From: Blastocatellia bacterium
GTDB taxonomy: Bacteria > Acidobacteriota > Blastocatellia > UBA7656
Assembly: GCA_036277095.1 (NCBI GenBank)
Contig: DASUNP010000110.1
Coordinates: 5,444 to 69,443 of the forward strand
DNA: 64,000 nt
Reading direction: 5' to 3'
The notes below the pieces were generated by a model. That model did not search any database. It was not told where the DNA came from and saw only the letters and a program-made list of their open reading frames with translations. Of the stretch, positions 49,180 through 59,849 are shown piece after piece (position 1 is the stretch's first letter; the number at the start of each line of letters is the position of its first letter). Both the position numbers and the translations under genes were made by a program.

Positions 49180-49278
49180 AGTCAGTTGTCAGTTGTCCGT
49201 TGTCCGCGGTCAGTCGTGGGAGCGGCCTTCGTAAGCGCGAGCAACTGACTGCGGACAACTGATTAAGGACAACTGAAT
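49180..49278 (+). repeat. Type-C junction hairpin built from (CAGTTGT) and complementary (ACAACTG) heptamers
   Basis: gtcagttgtcagttgtccgttgtccgcggtcagtcg ... gcaactgactgcggacaactgattaaggacaactga. Imperfect ~35-bp inverted repeat between the DUF4097-like gene and the next permease. Confidence 0.65.
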
Positions 49279-51723
49279 ATGAATGACATTCGTCTCAGCC
49301 TTCGCTCTCTTTTCAAGAGGCCCGGCTTCACCGTTGTCGCCGTCCTGACTCTAGCTTTAGGGATCGGCGCTAACTCTACGATCTTCACTCTCGTTAACGC
49401 AGTCCTGCTACGGCCTCTCCCCGTCGAAGAACCCGACCGGGTCGTAAGCGTCTACGCGACCTCGCCCGACGGCGCTCGCTCCTCGCGCTTTTCGTATCTC
49501 GATTATGTCGATTACCGCGACCGGAACGAGGTGCTGGCGGGGCTTGCGGCTCAGAACTTGACCCCCATCACTCTCGGCGTCGCCGAAGGCGCGGAGCCCA
49601 TACTCGGACAGATAGTCTCGGGAAACTACTTCACGGTCCTGGGCGTCGGCGCGCGTCTCGGAAGGGTCTTCACAGCGGAAGAAGACCGACAAGGCAGTGA
49701 GCGCGTCGCGGTCGTCTCTCACAGCTTCCACCAGCGCCGCTTCCCCGCAGAGCCCGACGTGACGGGTAAGATTATTTACTTGAACGGCGATGCGTTCACC
49801 GTCATCGGCATCATCGAAAAAGATTTCACGGGAACGAGCATAGGGCCGTTCATTGACGTCTGGGTACCGATGATGCAGACCGGAAACTGGATGGGGCCCG
49901 ACTGGATGGGGAACCGCGCGCGGGCACAGCTCCAGATGATCGGCCGCCTCAAGCCCGATGTTTCGCGCGACGAGGCGCAGGCGAATATGAGCACGCTCGC
50001 CGCACAGCTCGCACAGGAGTACAAGGAACCGGGCCGCGCCGACGGCGTAGAGCTTACGCAATCATCGCTCATAGAAGGGCGTCGCCGCACGGCGGTAGCG
50101 GCGTTCTTTGCGATACTTCTCGCAGTAGTCGGGCTCGTCTTGTTGATCGCCTGCGCGAACGTGGCGAACCTGTTGTTAGTTCGCGCGCTCTCGCGCAGGC
50201 GCGAGATGGCGATAAAGCTGGCGTTAGGCGCGGGGCGCTTCAGGCTCATGCGGCAGTTCATGACCGAAAGCCTTTTGCTCGCGCTCGCGGGCGGCGGCGC
50301 CGGATTGTTAATATCTCTGTGGGCAGGCAACCTCCTGCACAATTTCAACCCGCTTCCTTCCTTTCCCATTCAATTCGACCTTTCGGCGGACGCCCGCGTG
50401 ATCGCGTTCGTCTTCGCCGCCTCGCTCGTGACGGGGGTTGCGCTCGGCATTATTCCCGCGCTGCGCGGCACGCGGCCCGATCTGCTCGCGACTTTAAAAG
50501 ACGAAACCAGCTCTGTCGGAAGCGGCTCAAGCAAGTCGCGCCTGCGCAACGTGTTCGTCGTGGCCCAGATATCGCTTTCGCTCGTTCTGCTGATCGGCGC
50601 GACGCTTTTGGTCCGCAGCCTCCAGAACTCGCAAGCAATCGATCCGGGCTTCAGGCCGGAAAACGCCTTTGCCATGGATTTCGACCTCGACCTGAAAGGC
50701 TTTTCCGAAGAGAAGGGAAGAGAGTTTTACGCGCGTATGATCGAGCGCGTCTCCGCAGTGCCCGGCGTCGAGGCGGCTGCGATTGCCGACCGCGCGCCGC
50801 TCGACATCTCGACCACGACGACAGGCGTTCTCATCGAAGGCTATGAGCCTCCTGCGGGAAAGACTGCCATCCCCATTTCGGCTTACACCGTTGGACCGGG
50901 ATATTTCGGGACTACGGCCATACCGTTGGTCGGCGGGCGAGATTTCACAGTGCGGGATGACAAAGACGCGCCGCAGGTCGTCATCATCAATCAACAGATG
51001 GCGCTCAGGTATTGGCCCAACGAAAACCCTATAGGAAAGCGGTTCCGCCTCGCCGCGCAATCGGCCCAGAAGCTGCCGGAAATGATCGTAGAAGTGATAG
51101 GCGTGGCGCGCGACTCCAAATACCGGACGCTTTCTGAAGAAGCGACTCCGCACGTCTACCTGCCGTTTCTACAGAGCTACAAACCCGGGATGACTCTGAT
51201 AGTGCGCGTGGCGGGCGACACACGGCAGATGATGAGGACTGTCCGCGCAGAGTTGCAACGGCTGGACAAAGACCCGCAGGCATTCTTTCCCCGAACCATG
51301 TTCGAGCACATGGCCGTAGTGCTCGCGCCGGGTCAGATAGCCGCCACTCTCTTTGCTATCTTCGGGCTGCTCGCGCTCGCGCTTGCCGTCGTAGGCATCT
51401 ACGCCGTGATGGCTTATTCAGTCACGGAGCGCACGCGCGAGATAGGCATTCGCATGGCGTTAGGCGCGAAGCCCTCCGACGTTTTCAAGCTCGTAGTTGG
51501 AAAAGGTCTGATCTTATCGGCGATCGGCACGATTATAGGGCTTGCGGCTGCCTTTGCGCTGACACGATTCTTAGCGGGCCTGCTGGTCGGGGTGAGCGCG
51601 ACCGACCCCGCGACATTTGCGGCGATCCCCGCGCTGTTCACTCTCGTCGCGCTTCTAGCGAGTTACCTGCCTGCGCGCCGCGCGATGCGCGTCGATCCGC
51701 TGGCGGCGCTCAAACATGAATAA
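49279..51723 (+). CDS. ADOP-type duplicated permease (divergent N-terminus)
   Basis: MNDIRLSLRSLFKRPGFT ... [31 protein letters not shown] ... [16 protein letters not shown] ... VDPLAALKHE. Confidence 0.88.
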   Translation: MNDIRLSLRSLFKRPGFTVVAVLTLALGIGANSTIFTLVNAVLLRPLPVEEPDRVVSVYATSPDGARSSRFSYLDYVDYRDRNEVLAGLAAQNLTPITLGVAEGAEPILGQIVSGNYFTVLGVGARLGRVFTAEEDRQGSERVAVVSHSFHQRRFPAEPDVTGKIIYLNGDAFTVIGIIEKDFTGTSIGPFIDVWVPMMQTGNWMGPDWMGNRARAQLQMIGRLKPDVSRDEAQANMSTLAAQLAQEYKEPGRADGVELTQSSLIEGRRRTAVAAFFAILLAVVGLVLLIACANVANLLLVRALSRRREMAIKLALGAGRFRLMRQFMTESLLLALAGGGAGLLISLWAGNLLHNFNPLPSFPIQFDLSADARVIAFVFAASLVTGVALGIIPALRGTRPDLLATLKDETSSVGSGSSKSRLRNVFVVAQISLSLVLLIGATLLVRSLQNSQAIDPGFRPENAFAMDFDLDLKGFSEEKGREFYARMIERVSAVPGVEAAAIADRAPLDISTTTTGVLIEGYEPPAGKTAIPISAYTVGPGYFGTTAIPLVGGRDFTVRDDKDAPQVVIINQQMALRYWPNENPIGKRFRLAAQSAQKLPEMIVEVIGVARDSKYRTLSEEATPHVYLPFLQSYKPGMTLIVRVAGDTRQMMRTVRAELQRLDKDPQAFFPRTMFEHMAVVLAPGQIAATLFAIFGLLALALAVVGIYAVMAYSVTERTREIGIRMALGAKPSDVFKLVVGKGLILSAIGTIIGLAAAFALTRFLAGLLVGVSATDPATFAAIPALFTLVALLASYLPARRAMRVDPLAALKHE

Positions 51724-51744
51724 TCATCGATTGAGGGGTAAGCA

Positions 51745-54174
51745 ATGGAAAGTATTCTCAAAGACATTCGCTACAGTTTAAGGATGCTATTGAAGAATCC
51801 CGGCTTTACGCTGGTTGCGATTCTGACGCTCGCTTTAGGCGTGGGAGCGAATACGGCCATCTTCAGCATAGTCGATGCCGTGTTATTGAACCCATTCCCT
51901 TACCGCGACCACTCGCGGCTTATGATAATCAGGCAGAGCCTCCCGAAGATCGGAGTGCAAGAGCAGATGCGCGCTTCAAGCCCCGAGGTCGGAGAGCTAC
52001 GCGACCGGACAACCGTATTCGAGAACATGGCTGCGTGGGAGCCCGTTAGCCGGAACCTGACCGGCGGCCAGGAGCCTGAGCGAATAGCCGCCGCTAAAGT
52101 CTCCGCCGATCTCTTCCCGGCGCTCGGAATCGAGCCTCTTATGGGTCGCGCAATAACGGCCGGGGACCAGGGGCCTAAAGGCGAGCGCGTGCTGGTCCTA
52201 AGTCATGGCTTGTGGCAGCGGCGCTTCGGCGGCGAAGACATGCTCGGGCAGAAGGTGGCCCTGGATGATGAGCCTTACACGGTCGTCGGAGTGATGCCGC
52301 CACAGTTCAGGTTTGAAGGCGCGGAAGCCTGGTTTCCCTTCCCGTTCGTGATGGGCGAAGGGCCTCGCTCGGGCCGGAGCTTTATGGTCATGGGCAGGCT
52401 GAAGCCCGGGGTCGACATCGAACAGGCTAACGCCGAGCTTGAGGTGATCGCGCGCCGCCAGGAGCAAGAGCTTGGAGCCAACGCTCCGGAATACGTGGAG
52501 CGAAAGATAACGCTGGTCCCGCTCTTGAATTATACGCTTGGCTCCGTGCGGACCGCGCTGCTGGTTCTGCTTGGCGCGGTCGCGATGGTGCTTTTGATTG
52601 CGTGCGCGAACATCGCAAACCTGCTGCTCGCCCGCGCGGTCTCGCGCGAGCGGGAGATTGCCATTCGTCAGGCGTTGGGCGCAAATCGCTCTCGCATCAT
52701 CCGGCAGATGCTAACGGAGAGCGGCGTGCTGGCGCTGCTGGGCGGAGGACTGGGCCTGCTGCTCGCCGTCTGGAGCCTCGACGCGCTCGTTGCTCTCGTC
52801 CCGGTGGGAACCATCCCGCAAGGAATCGAGTTGAGCATAGACTCGCGCGTGCTCATCTTCACGCTGGCGGTATCGCTCGCGACCGCGCTCGTCTTCGGGC
52901 TGTGGCCCGCGCTTCAAGCATCAAAAGTAAACTTGAACGAGTCGTTGAAAGAGGGCAGCCAGAAGACGACAGTGGGTTACCGAAACCGCCGCGCGCAAAG
53001 CTTGCTCGTCGTCACGGAGGTAGGGCTTTCGCTGTTGCTGCTGATTATGGCAGGACTGATGCTGAGAAGCTTCGCGCGATTGACTCAGATCGATCCCGGT
53101 TTCGACCCTGAAAATGTCGTCTCCATGCGGATCAATCTCCCCCCGGCCAGGTACGCTCAAGAGGGAAGGATGGCCGCTTTCTTCCAGCAGCTCATTGAGC
53201 GAGTTGAGACCGTTCCGGGAGTCGAGGCGGCGGCTGTCGCTTCGCACATGCCATTCGTCTACACAGAGGATTGGACCTTCACAGTAGAAGGGGCGGCCAG
53301 TGAAGAGACTGCCCAAACGCAGAACCTCGACACTCGGACCGTAAGTCCCGGCTACTTCCGCGCCATGCGAATACCCATGCTCAGGGGCGAGACTTTTTCA
53401 CCGCAAGATGCGGCGGGCGCTCCCGGCGTGATTATCATTAACCAGACGATGGCTCGCCGCTTCTGGCCGGATCAGGAGGCCATCGGGAAGCGAGTCAAGC
53501 TGGGCCGCGCCGATTCAAATAATCCTTGGCTGACCGTGCGCGCAGTAGTCCAGGACTCAGCTCAAGGCAGCCTGGACGTCGCGACAAAGCCTGAAGTCTA
53601 TTTCCCGCTCGCGCAGATGGCGGGGCGATACCGCAGGATGAATCTTGCGGTGCGCTCGACGGCGGGCGACCCCTTGAGCCTGATCGGCCAATTACAGGCA
53701 GAGGTGCGCGGCATCGATAAAGACCAGCCCGTCTACCAGATTCAAACTATGGAGAGCCTTATCGGCGATTCGGTCGGAACCCGCCGCTTCGCTATGACTC
53801 TGCTCGGGTTGTTCGCCGGGCTTGCTCTGTTGCTCGCGGCAATAGGGATTTATGGCGTGATGTCGTATGCGGTCACCGAGCGCACGCATGAGATAGGAAT
53901 CCGCGTGGCTCTCGGGGCCGGGCAGAAAGAGGTGTTAAAGCTCATAGTAGGTCAGGGCATGGTATTCATCTTATCGGGTTTGGTCATAGGGTTGATCGGA
54001 GCCTATATCGCTACGAGCCTGCTCTCGAACCTGCTTTACGACGTAAGCGCGCGCGACCCCATCACTTTCGCCGTGGTTACAATCGTTCTAACCTTGATAG
54101 CGCTTGTGGCCTGCTACATCCCCGCACGGCGGGCAATGAGAGTCGATCCCATAGTCGCGCTCAGGTATGAATAG
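51745..54174 (+). CDS. ADOP-type duplicated permease (last of the array)
   Basis: [22 protein letters not shown] ... [31 protein letters not shown] ... [16 protein letters not shown] ... [18 protein letters not shown] upstream. Followed by a hairpin. Confidence 0.9.
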   Translation: MESILKDIRYSLRMLLKNPGFTLVAILTLALGVGANTAIFSIVDAVLLNPFPYRDHSRLMIIRQSLPKIGVQEQMRASSPEVGELRDRTTVFENMAAWEPVSRNLTGGQEPERIAAAKVSADLFPALGIEPLMGRAITAGDQGPKGERVLVLSHGLWQRRFGGEDMLGQKVALDDEPYTVVGVMPPQFRFEGAEAWFPFPFVMGEGPRSGRSFMVMGRLKPGVDIEQANAELEVIARRQEQELGANAPEYVERKITLVPLLNYTLGSVRTALLVLLGAVAMVLLIACANIANLLLARAVSREREIAIRQALGANRSRIIRQMLTESGVLALLGGGLGLLLAVWSLDALVALVPVGTIPQGIELSIDSRVLIFTLAVSLATALVFGLWPALQASKVNLNESLKEGSQKTTVGYRNRRAQSLLVVTEVGLSLLLLIMAGLMLRSFARLTQIDPGFDPENVVSMRINLPPARYAQEGRMAAFFQQLIERVETVPGVEAAAVASHMPFVYTEDWTFTVEGAASEETAQTQNLDTRTVSPGYFRAMRIPMLRGETFSPQDAAGAPGVIIINQTMARRFWPDQEAIGKRVKLGRADSNNPWLTVRAVVQDSAQGSLDVATKPEVYFPLAQMAGRYRRMNLAVRSTAGDPLSLIGQLQAEVRGIDKDQPVYQIQTMESLIGDSVGTRRFAMTLLGLFAGLALLLAAIGIYGVMSYAVTERTHEIGIRVALGAGQKEVLKLIVGQGMVFILSGLVIGLIGAYIATSLLSNLLYDVSARDPITFAVVTIVLTLIALVACYIPARRAMRVDPIVALRYE

Positions 54175-54244
54175 TATCGTCATTCGTCCTTTGTCATTTG
54201 TCCTTTGCAGGTAATGCAGAGAGTGCAAATGACAAAGGACAAAG
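54175..54244 (+). repeat. Type-B junction-like hairpin terminating the array (no permease gene follows)
   Basis: tatcg|tcattcg|tcctttg|tcatttg|tcctttg|caggtaa|tgcagag|agtgcaa|atgacaa|aggacaa|ag. Inverted repeat TTGTCATTTGTCCTTTGCA / TGCAAATGACAAAGGACAA. Confidence 0.7.
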
Positions 54245-54853
54245 CTACCATATCTCGCTCGGATCAAATACAAATCCTGGTAATAGCGGCTCGCCACTTA
54301 TTGAAGAAGGGTTCTCAAAGCACTCCACAGGGTGATTCGGGCGATAAACGTAAATCCGCCTATTCTTCGCCTCCACCAGCCAACCGAGCCGTGCACCGTT
54401 CTCGATGTAGGCCTTCATCTTCTCCTCCAGACCCGCAAGGCCATCCTTCGCTGACCGGAGTTCTAATACGAAATCGGGGCAGACAGGGGCAAACTCTTCT
54501 TGTTGTTCGTCTGTTAAGGCCTCCCATGCCTGACGCCTTACCCACGCCGCGTCAGGAGACCGTTTTGCCCCGTCGGGCAGAGTAAAGCCTGTGGAAGAAT
54601 CGAATGATACTCCCGTCCCATCTGCTTCAGCCCAGTTTGCAAGGCGCTGATTGAGCTTACTATTTCGCCATCCCGTTTTTGATCCGGTTGGGGGCATAAT
54701 AACCAGTTCGCGTTTCGCGGTGAGTTCAAACCGAAGGTCTGGATTGTCCTGGCATAATTGGTAAAACTGCTCATCTGTAAGATCGACGGAGTGAAGGTTC
54801 AGCATCAGGAGGCCTGCTGCATTCTGTTCTTCTGTCGAAGGCGTCTTTGCCAT
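54245..54853 (-). CDS. Uma2-family (DUF820) putative restriction-endonuclease-like protein
   Basis: 202 aa. Family-typical core ...LVIMPPTG ... PDFVLELRS ... RLGWLV... (PD-(D/E)xK-like fold of Uma2 proteins). Confidence 0.7.
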   Translation of the reverse strand: MAKTPSTEEQNAAGLLMLNLHSVDLTDEQFYQLCQDNPDLRFELTAKRELVIMPPTGSKTGWRNSKLNQRLANWAEADGTGVSFDSSTGFTLPDGAKRSPDAAWVRRQAWEALTDEQQEEFAPVCPDFVLELRSAKDGLAGLEEKMKAYIENGARLGWLVEAKNRRIYVYRPNHPVECFENPSSISGEPLLPGFVFDPSEIW

Positions 54854-54913
54854 TATGAGCTTCCTGGTTCGAATTCTATCCTTCGCATCATAGATTTGTC
54901 ACCGCCTCTTAAT

Positions 54914-55552
54914 TCACAGTTCGCTCAAAGCTTGCATGGCTCGCCTGTCCAGGATGGTTATCTCCATTCGGGAAATGGCTATGAGCTTGTCGTGCCTCAT
55001 CGCGTCGAGTATGACCGTCACAGTCTCTCTGTAGAGGCCAAGGCGTTCGCCTATCTTTTCGTGTGACCACCCCTTAATGACAGAGCGACCTCTGGAAAGC
55101 TCCAGAAGCAGGGCTGCTATTCTGGAGTCGGCCAACTGGAACCCTGCGCGGTAGTGCTCATCTTCAATGAAAGCCAGCCTGGCCCCCAGCCTCTTGAGGA
55201 TCGCTACCGGGTCAGCTTTTATCCACTCTCTCGCCTTGTCCGCGCTTATGATCCAAACTCTTGCGCCTTGAGCCCCGGCAACGGCTGTGGTCCCGAGCAT
55301 TGTCTGTCCCAGCAAAGGCATAGCCCCGAAAAGCGCGCCCTCGGTCAGCTCTTTCACCGGATAGTCATGACGCGCGTGCCTGATCTGCACAGAGCCGCCG
55401 CTCACAATGCATAACAGCCCCGCGCAGCGTATGACGTGGCTCGGCTTGTAGTCGCGGCTCGGAAGTGCGGCCAAGACGTTTGATTGAGGAAAGTTTTCGA
55501 TCTTAAGATAGCCGATCTTTTGAGCAAGCGCGGTGGCGGCGAGGGTTTTCAT
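54914..55552 (-). CDS. Crp/Fnr-family transcriptional regulator (cNMP-binding-like domain + C-terminal HTH)
   Basis: C-terminal HTH SHEKIGERLGLYRETVTVILDAMRHDKLIAISRMEITILDRRAL is typical of Crp/Fnr. An upstream in-frame ATG at 55606 is an alternative start. Confidence 0.7.
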   Translation of the reverse strand: MKTLAATALAQKIGYLKIENFPQSNVLAALPSRDYKPSHVIRCAGLLCIVSGGSVQIRHARHDYPVKELTEGALFGAMPLLGQTMLGTTAVAGAQGARVWIISADKAREWIKADPVAILKRLGARLAFIEDEHYRAGFQLADSRIAALLLELSRGRSVIKGWSHEKIGERLGLYRETVTVILDAMRHDKLIAISRMEITILDRRAMQALSEL

Positions 55553-55813
55553 CCTGTCTGTAACGTTGTGCTTCCTTCTTCCGCTCGCTTCGGATCGTCT
55601 CTTCATGATTAGTCAGGTTAAATAAAAAGATAGAGGAGCGTAAGAACAGTGAGGTATGCTATCCCCAGTGAAGCAAATCACACTGCTTTACGCTCCCCGC
55701 GAAAAAGCTGTAGCCTCTCTTTCAACTCTGTTATTCCTCTTCTCATCAGCGCGCGCTATATTACTTTATGCTTCGAATTCTGTCAATGAAAATATGCACA
55801 AAAAGTGATTATA

Positions 55814-56278
55814 ATGAATAAACCTAAAAATCCCCAATCAGAGATCGATTCGCTGAGCGCCTTCGTCCGGCGAATCATGCGCCAGAAACGTCTCTCCATC
55901 CGCGACATACAAACTCGCGCAGGCGGCCCAGACAAGATAGCCGCCTCCTACATCAGCCGCATCATTAACGCCAAGGTCACTAACCTCTCCGTAGACAAGC
56001 TGACCGTGCTGGCAGAAGGCTTGGACGTAGACCCGTTCGAGTTGTTCGCCGCCGCCTCGGGCAGGCAGATACGCACTGAGAGGGATGGAGTGGATGCGCT
56101 AGAGTTGATAGAGACTATGGAGCAAGCCGTCGGCAACCCTGCGTCTTTGGAGGTCGTGAGGAGGTGGCTGAGGCTAGGGCCTGAGTATCAGTCGGCTGTG
56201 TTGAACTGGATAAGGTTCCTGTCCGACGAGGCGAGGTCGAACAAGAAGCCGAGCAAGCGGCCGCCTAAGAAGCCTTAG
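55814..56278 (+). CDS. XRE/Cro-C1-type helix-turn-helix DNA-binding protein
   Basis: HTH-like LSIRDIQTRAG...ISRIINAKVTNLSVDKLTVLAEGLDVDPFELF. Basic K/P-rich C-terminal tail. Lower-GC region. GTG at 55805 is an alternative start. Confidence 0.6.
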   Translation: MNKPKNPQSEIDSLSAFVRRIMRQKRLSIRDIQTRAGGPDKIAASYISRIINAKVTNLSVDKLTVLAEGLDVDPFELFAAASGRQIRTERDGVDALELIETMEQAVGNPASLEVVRRWLRLGPEYQSAVLNWIRFLSDEARSNKKPSKRPPKKP

Positions 56279-56377
56279 TCTTTATGATGATGAAACATCT
56301 GCGATTTACAGTTCGTTAGCAGCCTTGAGGCCGTCAATCCTTCGTAAAGAACCGATCGCGAAAAGGACGATTACGCT

Positions 56378-57901
56378 ATGCAATGCATATCGAAGATTGT
56401 GAGCCTTATTCTATCCGCCTGTTTCATGTGCGCCGCTGTCTCGGCGAGCCTCGCGTCTCAAGAGCAATCGCCTCCCGCACCTCAGCGCAAAGCGGGCGAT
56501 CTGAAGTTCGAGCCATACAAGCTGCAATTTGAAGGGCAATCTGTTGAAGCTGAGATCGGGCGGCTCATCGTTAAAGAGAACAGGCAGAATCCGAAATCTA
56601 ATCTCATAGAGCTTGCCTTCGTTCGACTGAAAAGCACAGCGGCGCAACCCGGCCCGCCCGTCATTTACCTCGATGGCGGCCCGGGCTCTTCGGCCATCAA
56701 CCTCGCGCGAGCCCCGGATTACGCAAAAGCATTCTTGAAGCTCCGCGAAGTCGGAGACGTTATCCTGCTCGACCAGCGCGGCGTCGGTCTTTCGCGCCCG
56801 AACCTGTCGCGCTTGGCGCCGCGGCCCATGCCGGTTGATGCTTTCCTGAGCCGCGAGAAGGCCTTCGCCGTCTTCAAGGAGCGCGCCGAGGAAGCGACGG
56901 AGCATTTCAAAAGCCTTGGCGTAGATTTGCTCGCCTATAACAGTCGCGAAAGCGCCGCCGATGTCGACGACCTCCGCCGCGCGCTCGGCGTCGAGCGGGT
57001 CAACCTGGTCGGTTTCAGCTACGGCACTCACCTGGGGCTTGCGACCATACGCTATCACGGCGCGCATCTCAATCGCGTTGCCCTCATAGGGACCGAAGGG
57101 CCGGACCACACTCGAAAACTTCCCTCGACTTCGCAAAAGAGCCTTGAACAGTTGGCGCGCGTCGCCGCCGCCGACCCGACCGTAGGCCCGAAGGTCCCCG
57201 ATATGGTGGGGATGTTGAAGCGAGTTTTCGACCGGCTCGAAAAAGAGCCGATAACCGTGCGAATTACTGACAGGCGGAGGAATCAACCCGTAGATGTGAT
57301 GGTCGGCAAGTTCGGCCTACAGTTCATCATCTTGATTGACCTGGGCGACACAAACGATCTACCCGTCTTTCCCGCGCTCTTCTACACGATCGATCGAGGC
57401 GATTACTCTATACTCGCGCGATTCGTCGAAAAAAGATTCAACCAATTTGGCGGGGGAATCAATATGATGACGCTCGTGATGGACGCATCGAGCGGGGCCA
57501 CGAAAGCGCGCGATGCCGAGATCGCGCGCGAGGCCAAGGATGCGATCTTTAACGACACGATGAACTTCCCGTTCCCCGAGATAGGCCGGGTCTTTGGCAA
57601 CCCCGACCTCGGGGATAACTACCGGTCCGCCATTCGCACCAGCGTGCCCACGCTGTTCATAAGCGGCACCTTCGATAACAATACTATGCCGTTTCAAGCC
57701 GACGAGGTGCGCAAGACATTCAAGCACAGCGAGCACATCATAGTCGAAAACGCGGGGCACGAAAGCTCGCTCGTCGAGCCGCGCGTGCAGCAAGCTATGG
57801 TCGATTTCTTGCGCGGTAAGGACGTGAGCAAAGTGAAAATATCGCTGCCGCCGCTCAGGTTCGAGCCGATCCCTGAGCCGAAGACCGACATCAGGAATTA
57901 A
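56378..57901 (+). CDS. Secreted alpha/beta-hydrolase (S33 prolyl/tripeptidyl aminopeptidase-like)
   Basis: Signal peptide MQCISKIVSLILSACFMCAAVSASLA. Nucleophile elbow GFSYGTH (GxSxG). YLDGGPGSS oxyanion region typical of proline iminopeptidase-like hydrolases. Confidence 0.7.
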   Translation: MQCISKIVSLILSACFMCAAVSASLASQEQSPPAPQRKAGDLKFEPYKLQFEGQSVEAEIGRLIVKENRQNPKSNLIELAFVRLKSTAAQPGPPVIYLDGGPGSSAINLARAPDYAKAFLKLREVGDVILLDQRGVGLSRPNLSRLAPRPMPVDAFLSREKAFAVFKERAEEATEHFKSLGVDLLAYNSRESAADVDDLRRALGVERVNLVGFSYGTHLGLATIRYHGAHLNRVALIGTEGPDHTRKLPSTSQKSLEQLARVAAADPTVGPKVPDMVGMLKRVFDRLEKEPITVRITDRRRNQPVDVMVGKFGLQFIILIDLGDTNDLPVFPALFYTIDRGDYSILARFVEKRFNQFGGGINMMTLVMDASSGATKARDAEIAREAKDAIFNDTMNFPFPEIGRVFGNPDLGDNYRSAIRTSVPTLFISGTFDNNTMPFQADEVRKTFKHSEHIIVENAGHESSLVEPRVQQAMVDFLRGKDVSKVKISLPPLRFEPIPEPKTDIRN

Positions 57902-57906
57902 GCTAT

Positions 57907-58602
57907 TCAGTCATCGGCTATGCGGCCATCCCTGATGTTGATGATGCGGTGGGCGAGCGAGGCGTTCTCGGGGTTGTGAGTGACGACGAATATCGTTTGA
58001 CCTTGCTCGTTGAGCCTCAAAAAGACTTCCATCACCTCGCGCCCCGTGCGCGTGTCGAGCGCGCCCGTAGGCTCGTCCGCAAGTATGAGCGGGGGCTCGT
58101 TGACTATGGCGCGCGCGATGGCAAGGCGGCCCTGCTCGCCGCCCGACATCTGGTTCGGGAAGCGCGCGGCTTTATCGGCAAGCCCCACCTTTTCAAGCAC
58201 AGTCATGGCCCGCTCGCGTTTCTCCCGCGCGCTCAGGCTGATGGTGGTGAGCGGCAGCATCGCGTTTTCGACTGCGGTCAGGTATGGCATCAGGTGATGA
58301 TGCTGGAAGACGAAGCCGAGGTATTCGCGGCGGAAGTCTGCGCGCCGCTCGTCTTCGAGCCCGTACACGTCGATATTGTCTATGAGCAGACGGCCCTCGG
58401 TCGGGTGGTTCATCGCCCCTATGATGGTAAGCAGCGTCGTCTTGCCCGAGCCTGACGGCCCCATCAAACAGATGAACTCGCCTTCGGCGACGGCGGCGTT
58501 CACATCCGCGAGCACTCGCACCCCGCCATTGGTTCCGTCTGTGTGATAAACCTTGCTGACGTTTTCCAGTTTTACGAAAGACACTGTGGTCGGTTTCCTC
58601 AC
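57907..58602 (-). CDS. ABC transporter ATP-binding protein (MacB/LolD/FtsE-type)
   Basis: Walker [10 protein letters not shown]. Signature MSGGEQGR. Walker [14 protein letters not shown]-loop VVTHN. Overlaps the upstream permease gene by 4 nt. Confidence 0.9.
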   Translation of the reverse strand: MRKPTTVSFVKLENVSKVYHTDGTNGGVRVLADVNAAVAEGEFICLMGPSGSGKTTLLTIIGAMNHPTEGRLLIDNIDVYGLEDERRADFRREYLGFVFQHHHLMPYLTAVENAMLPLTTISLSAREKRERAMTVLEKVGLADKAARFPNQMSGGEQGRLAIARAIVNEPPLILADEPTGALDTRTGREVMEVFLRLNEQGQTIFVVTHNPENASLAHRIINIRDGRIADD

Positions 58603-59849
58603 ACGTATCGGACCGCTTCGGAAGGGTCGAGCCGGGACGCGCGAATGATCGGATAGAAGCTGCTAAGAATTCCTATCACAAGTCCCGCCGTGATGGCGGC
58701 GAGGGCGAGCGCGGGTTGTAACTGGAAGGCTATCTCTGTTTCGGCGAAGTAAGGCAGCGCCGCCCAGCTTGCAGCGGTCCCGGCGGCCCACCCGACCAGC
58801 CCGCCGATCACGCTTATTACCGCCACCTCGATAATCAATCCTTTTATGATGTGTGCCTTTCTGAATCCTATGGCCCGCAAAACGCCTATCTCTTTCGTCC
58901 GCTCGATGACCGAGCCCATCATGGTGGTGAATATCATCAACGCGCCGATGCTCAAGACGATCACGGCGACGATGGCGAAAAACCTGGTCAGTCGCTCGAC
59001 GGTCTCGGCGCGCGCGCGGACGGACTGTTGTATGGCAGACACCTTTGCGTGCGGGAGCCGCCCGCCGATTTGCGCGACTATGTCTTCGACAGGACAGTCC
59101 TTGCACAGCGCAGCCACTTCAATGAGGCTCAACTGGCCGGGCCTGCCGACCAGTTGCTGAATGTGCGATAGCTCTCCGAAGATCATGTGGTCTTCCGGCC
59201 CGCCCGTCTGTGCGAGCACGCCCGCCACGCGGTGCTCGCTGCCTGCGACCTGCAACCGGTCGCGAACGATCTTGAATTGATGGGCATTCTCACTCTCGTC
59301 GTGCGCGCCGTTGTGCGAGCTGTGCGAGACGGCTGCGGGCGCTGAGTCGGCGGTCATCTCTATGACCGAAAGGGCGCGGGCGACTTCGTAGCCCACGAGC
59401 AGATCCTGCGGGCTTGCGGGGCGGTTGCCCGCGATGTGCCACCATCGTTTGAGCTTCAGCTCGCTTTCGAAATCTACGCCGGCCATCACCACGGTCTTTC
59501 CTTCGACCTCGATCGTGCGCAGCAGCTTTGGCGCGACGATGCTCAGGCGGTTGCGGTAAGGGATGTCGAGCAGGTCCGTCGCGTCCTGGGTTTTCAACTG
59601 CTGCTCGTCTATCGAGACGCTCGACACACTGATGCCCCCGTAGTTGAGCGACATGCTGTTGGACTGCGGAACGACCACAATGTTTGCGCCGAACTGGTCG
59701 AGCTGCGAGCCTATCTCTTCTTTAATCGAGCCGCTCAAGCTCAACAGGGCCACGGCCGTTCCTATGCCGATGGCAATGCCTATGATCAGAAAGAGGGCCT
59801 TGCCTTTACGGCGCTTGAGGTTTGCAAAAGCGATTGTGCTGATTCTCAT
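58599..59849 (-). CDS. ABC transporter permease, single FtsX domain with MacB-like periplasmic domain (LolC/E-MacB type)
   Basis: 416 aa. TM1 FLIIGIAIGIGTAVALLSL. Large periplasmic domain. C-terminal FtsX ERTKEIGVLRAIGFRK...[10 protein letters not shown]. Operon with the ATPase. Confidence 0.85.
   Translation of the reverse strand: MRISTIAFANLKRRKGKALFLIIGIAIGIGTAVALLSLSGSIKEEIGSQLDQFGANIVVVPQSNSMSLNYGGISVSSVSIDEQQLKTQDATDLLDIPYRNRLSIVAPKLLRTIEVEGKTVVMAGVDFESELKLKRWWHIAGNRPASPQDLLVGYEVARALSVIEMTADSAPAAVSHSSHNGAHDESENAHQFKIVRDRLQVAGSEHRVAGVLAQTGGPEDHMIFGELSHIQQLVGRPGQLSLIEVAALCKDCPVEDIVAQIGGRLPHAKVSAIQQSVRARAETVERLTRFFAIVAVIVLSIGALMIFTTMMGSVIERTKEIGVLRAIGFRKAHIIKGLIIEVAVISVIGGLVGWAAGTAASWAALPYFAETEIAFQLQPALALAAITAGLVIGILSSFYPIIRASRLDPSEAVRYV

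Noticed and set aside
54205-54585. 126-aa + strand ORF after the last permease, beginning at ATGACAAAGGACAAAG
   Set aside because: It starts inside the terminal type-B hairpin and overlaps the better-supported Uma2-family gene on the opposite strand. The product is P/R/S-rich low complexity.
56411-57286. 291-aa antisense ORF inside the alpha/beta hydrolase gene
   Set aside because: The sense frame has a signal peptide and GxSxG nucleophile elbow. The antisense product is low-complexity.
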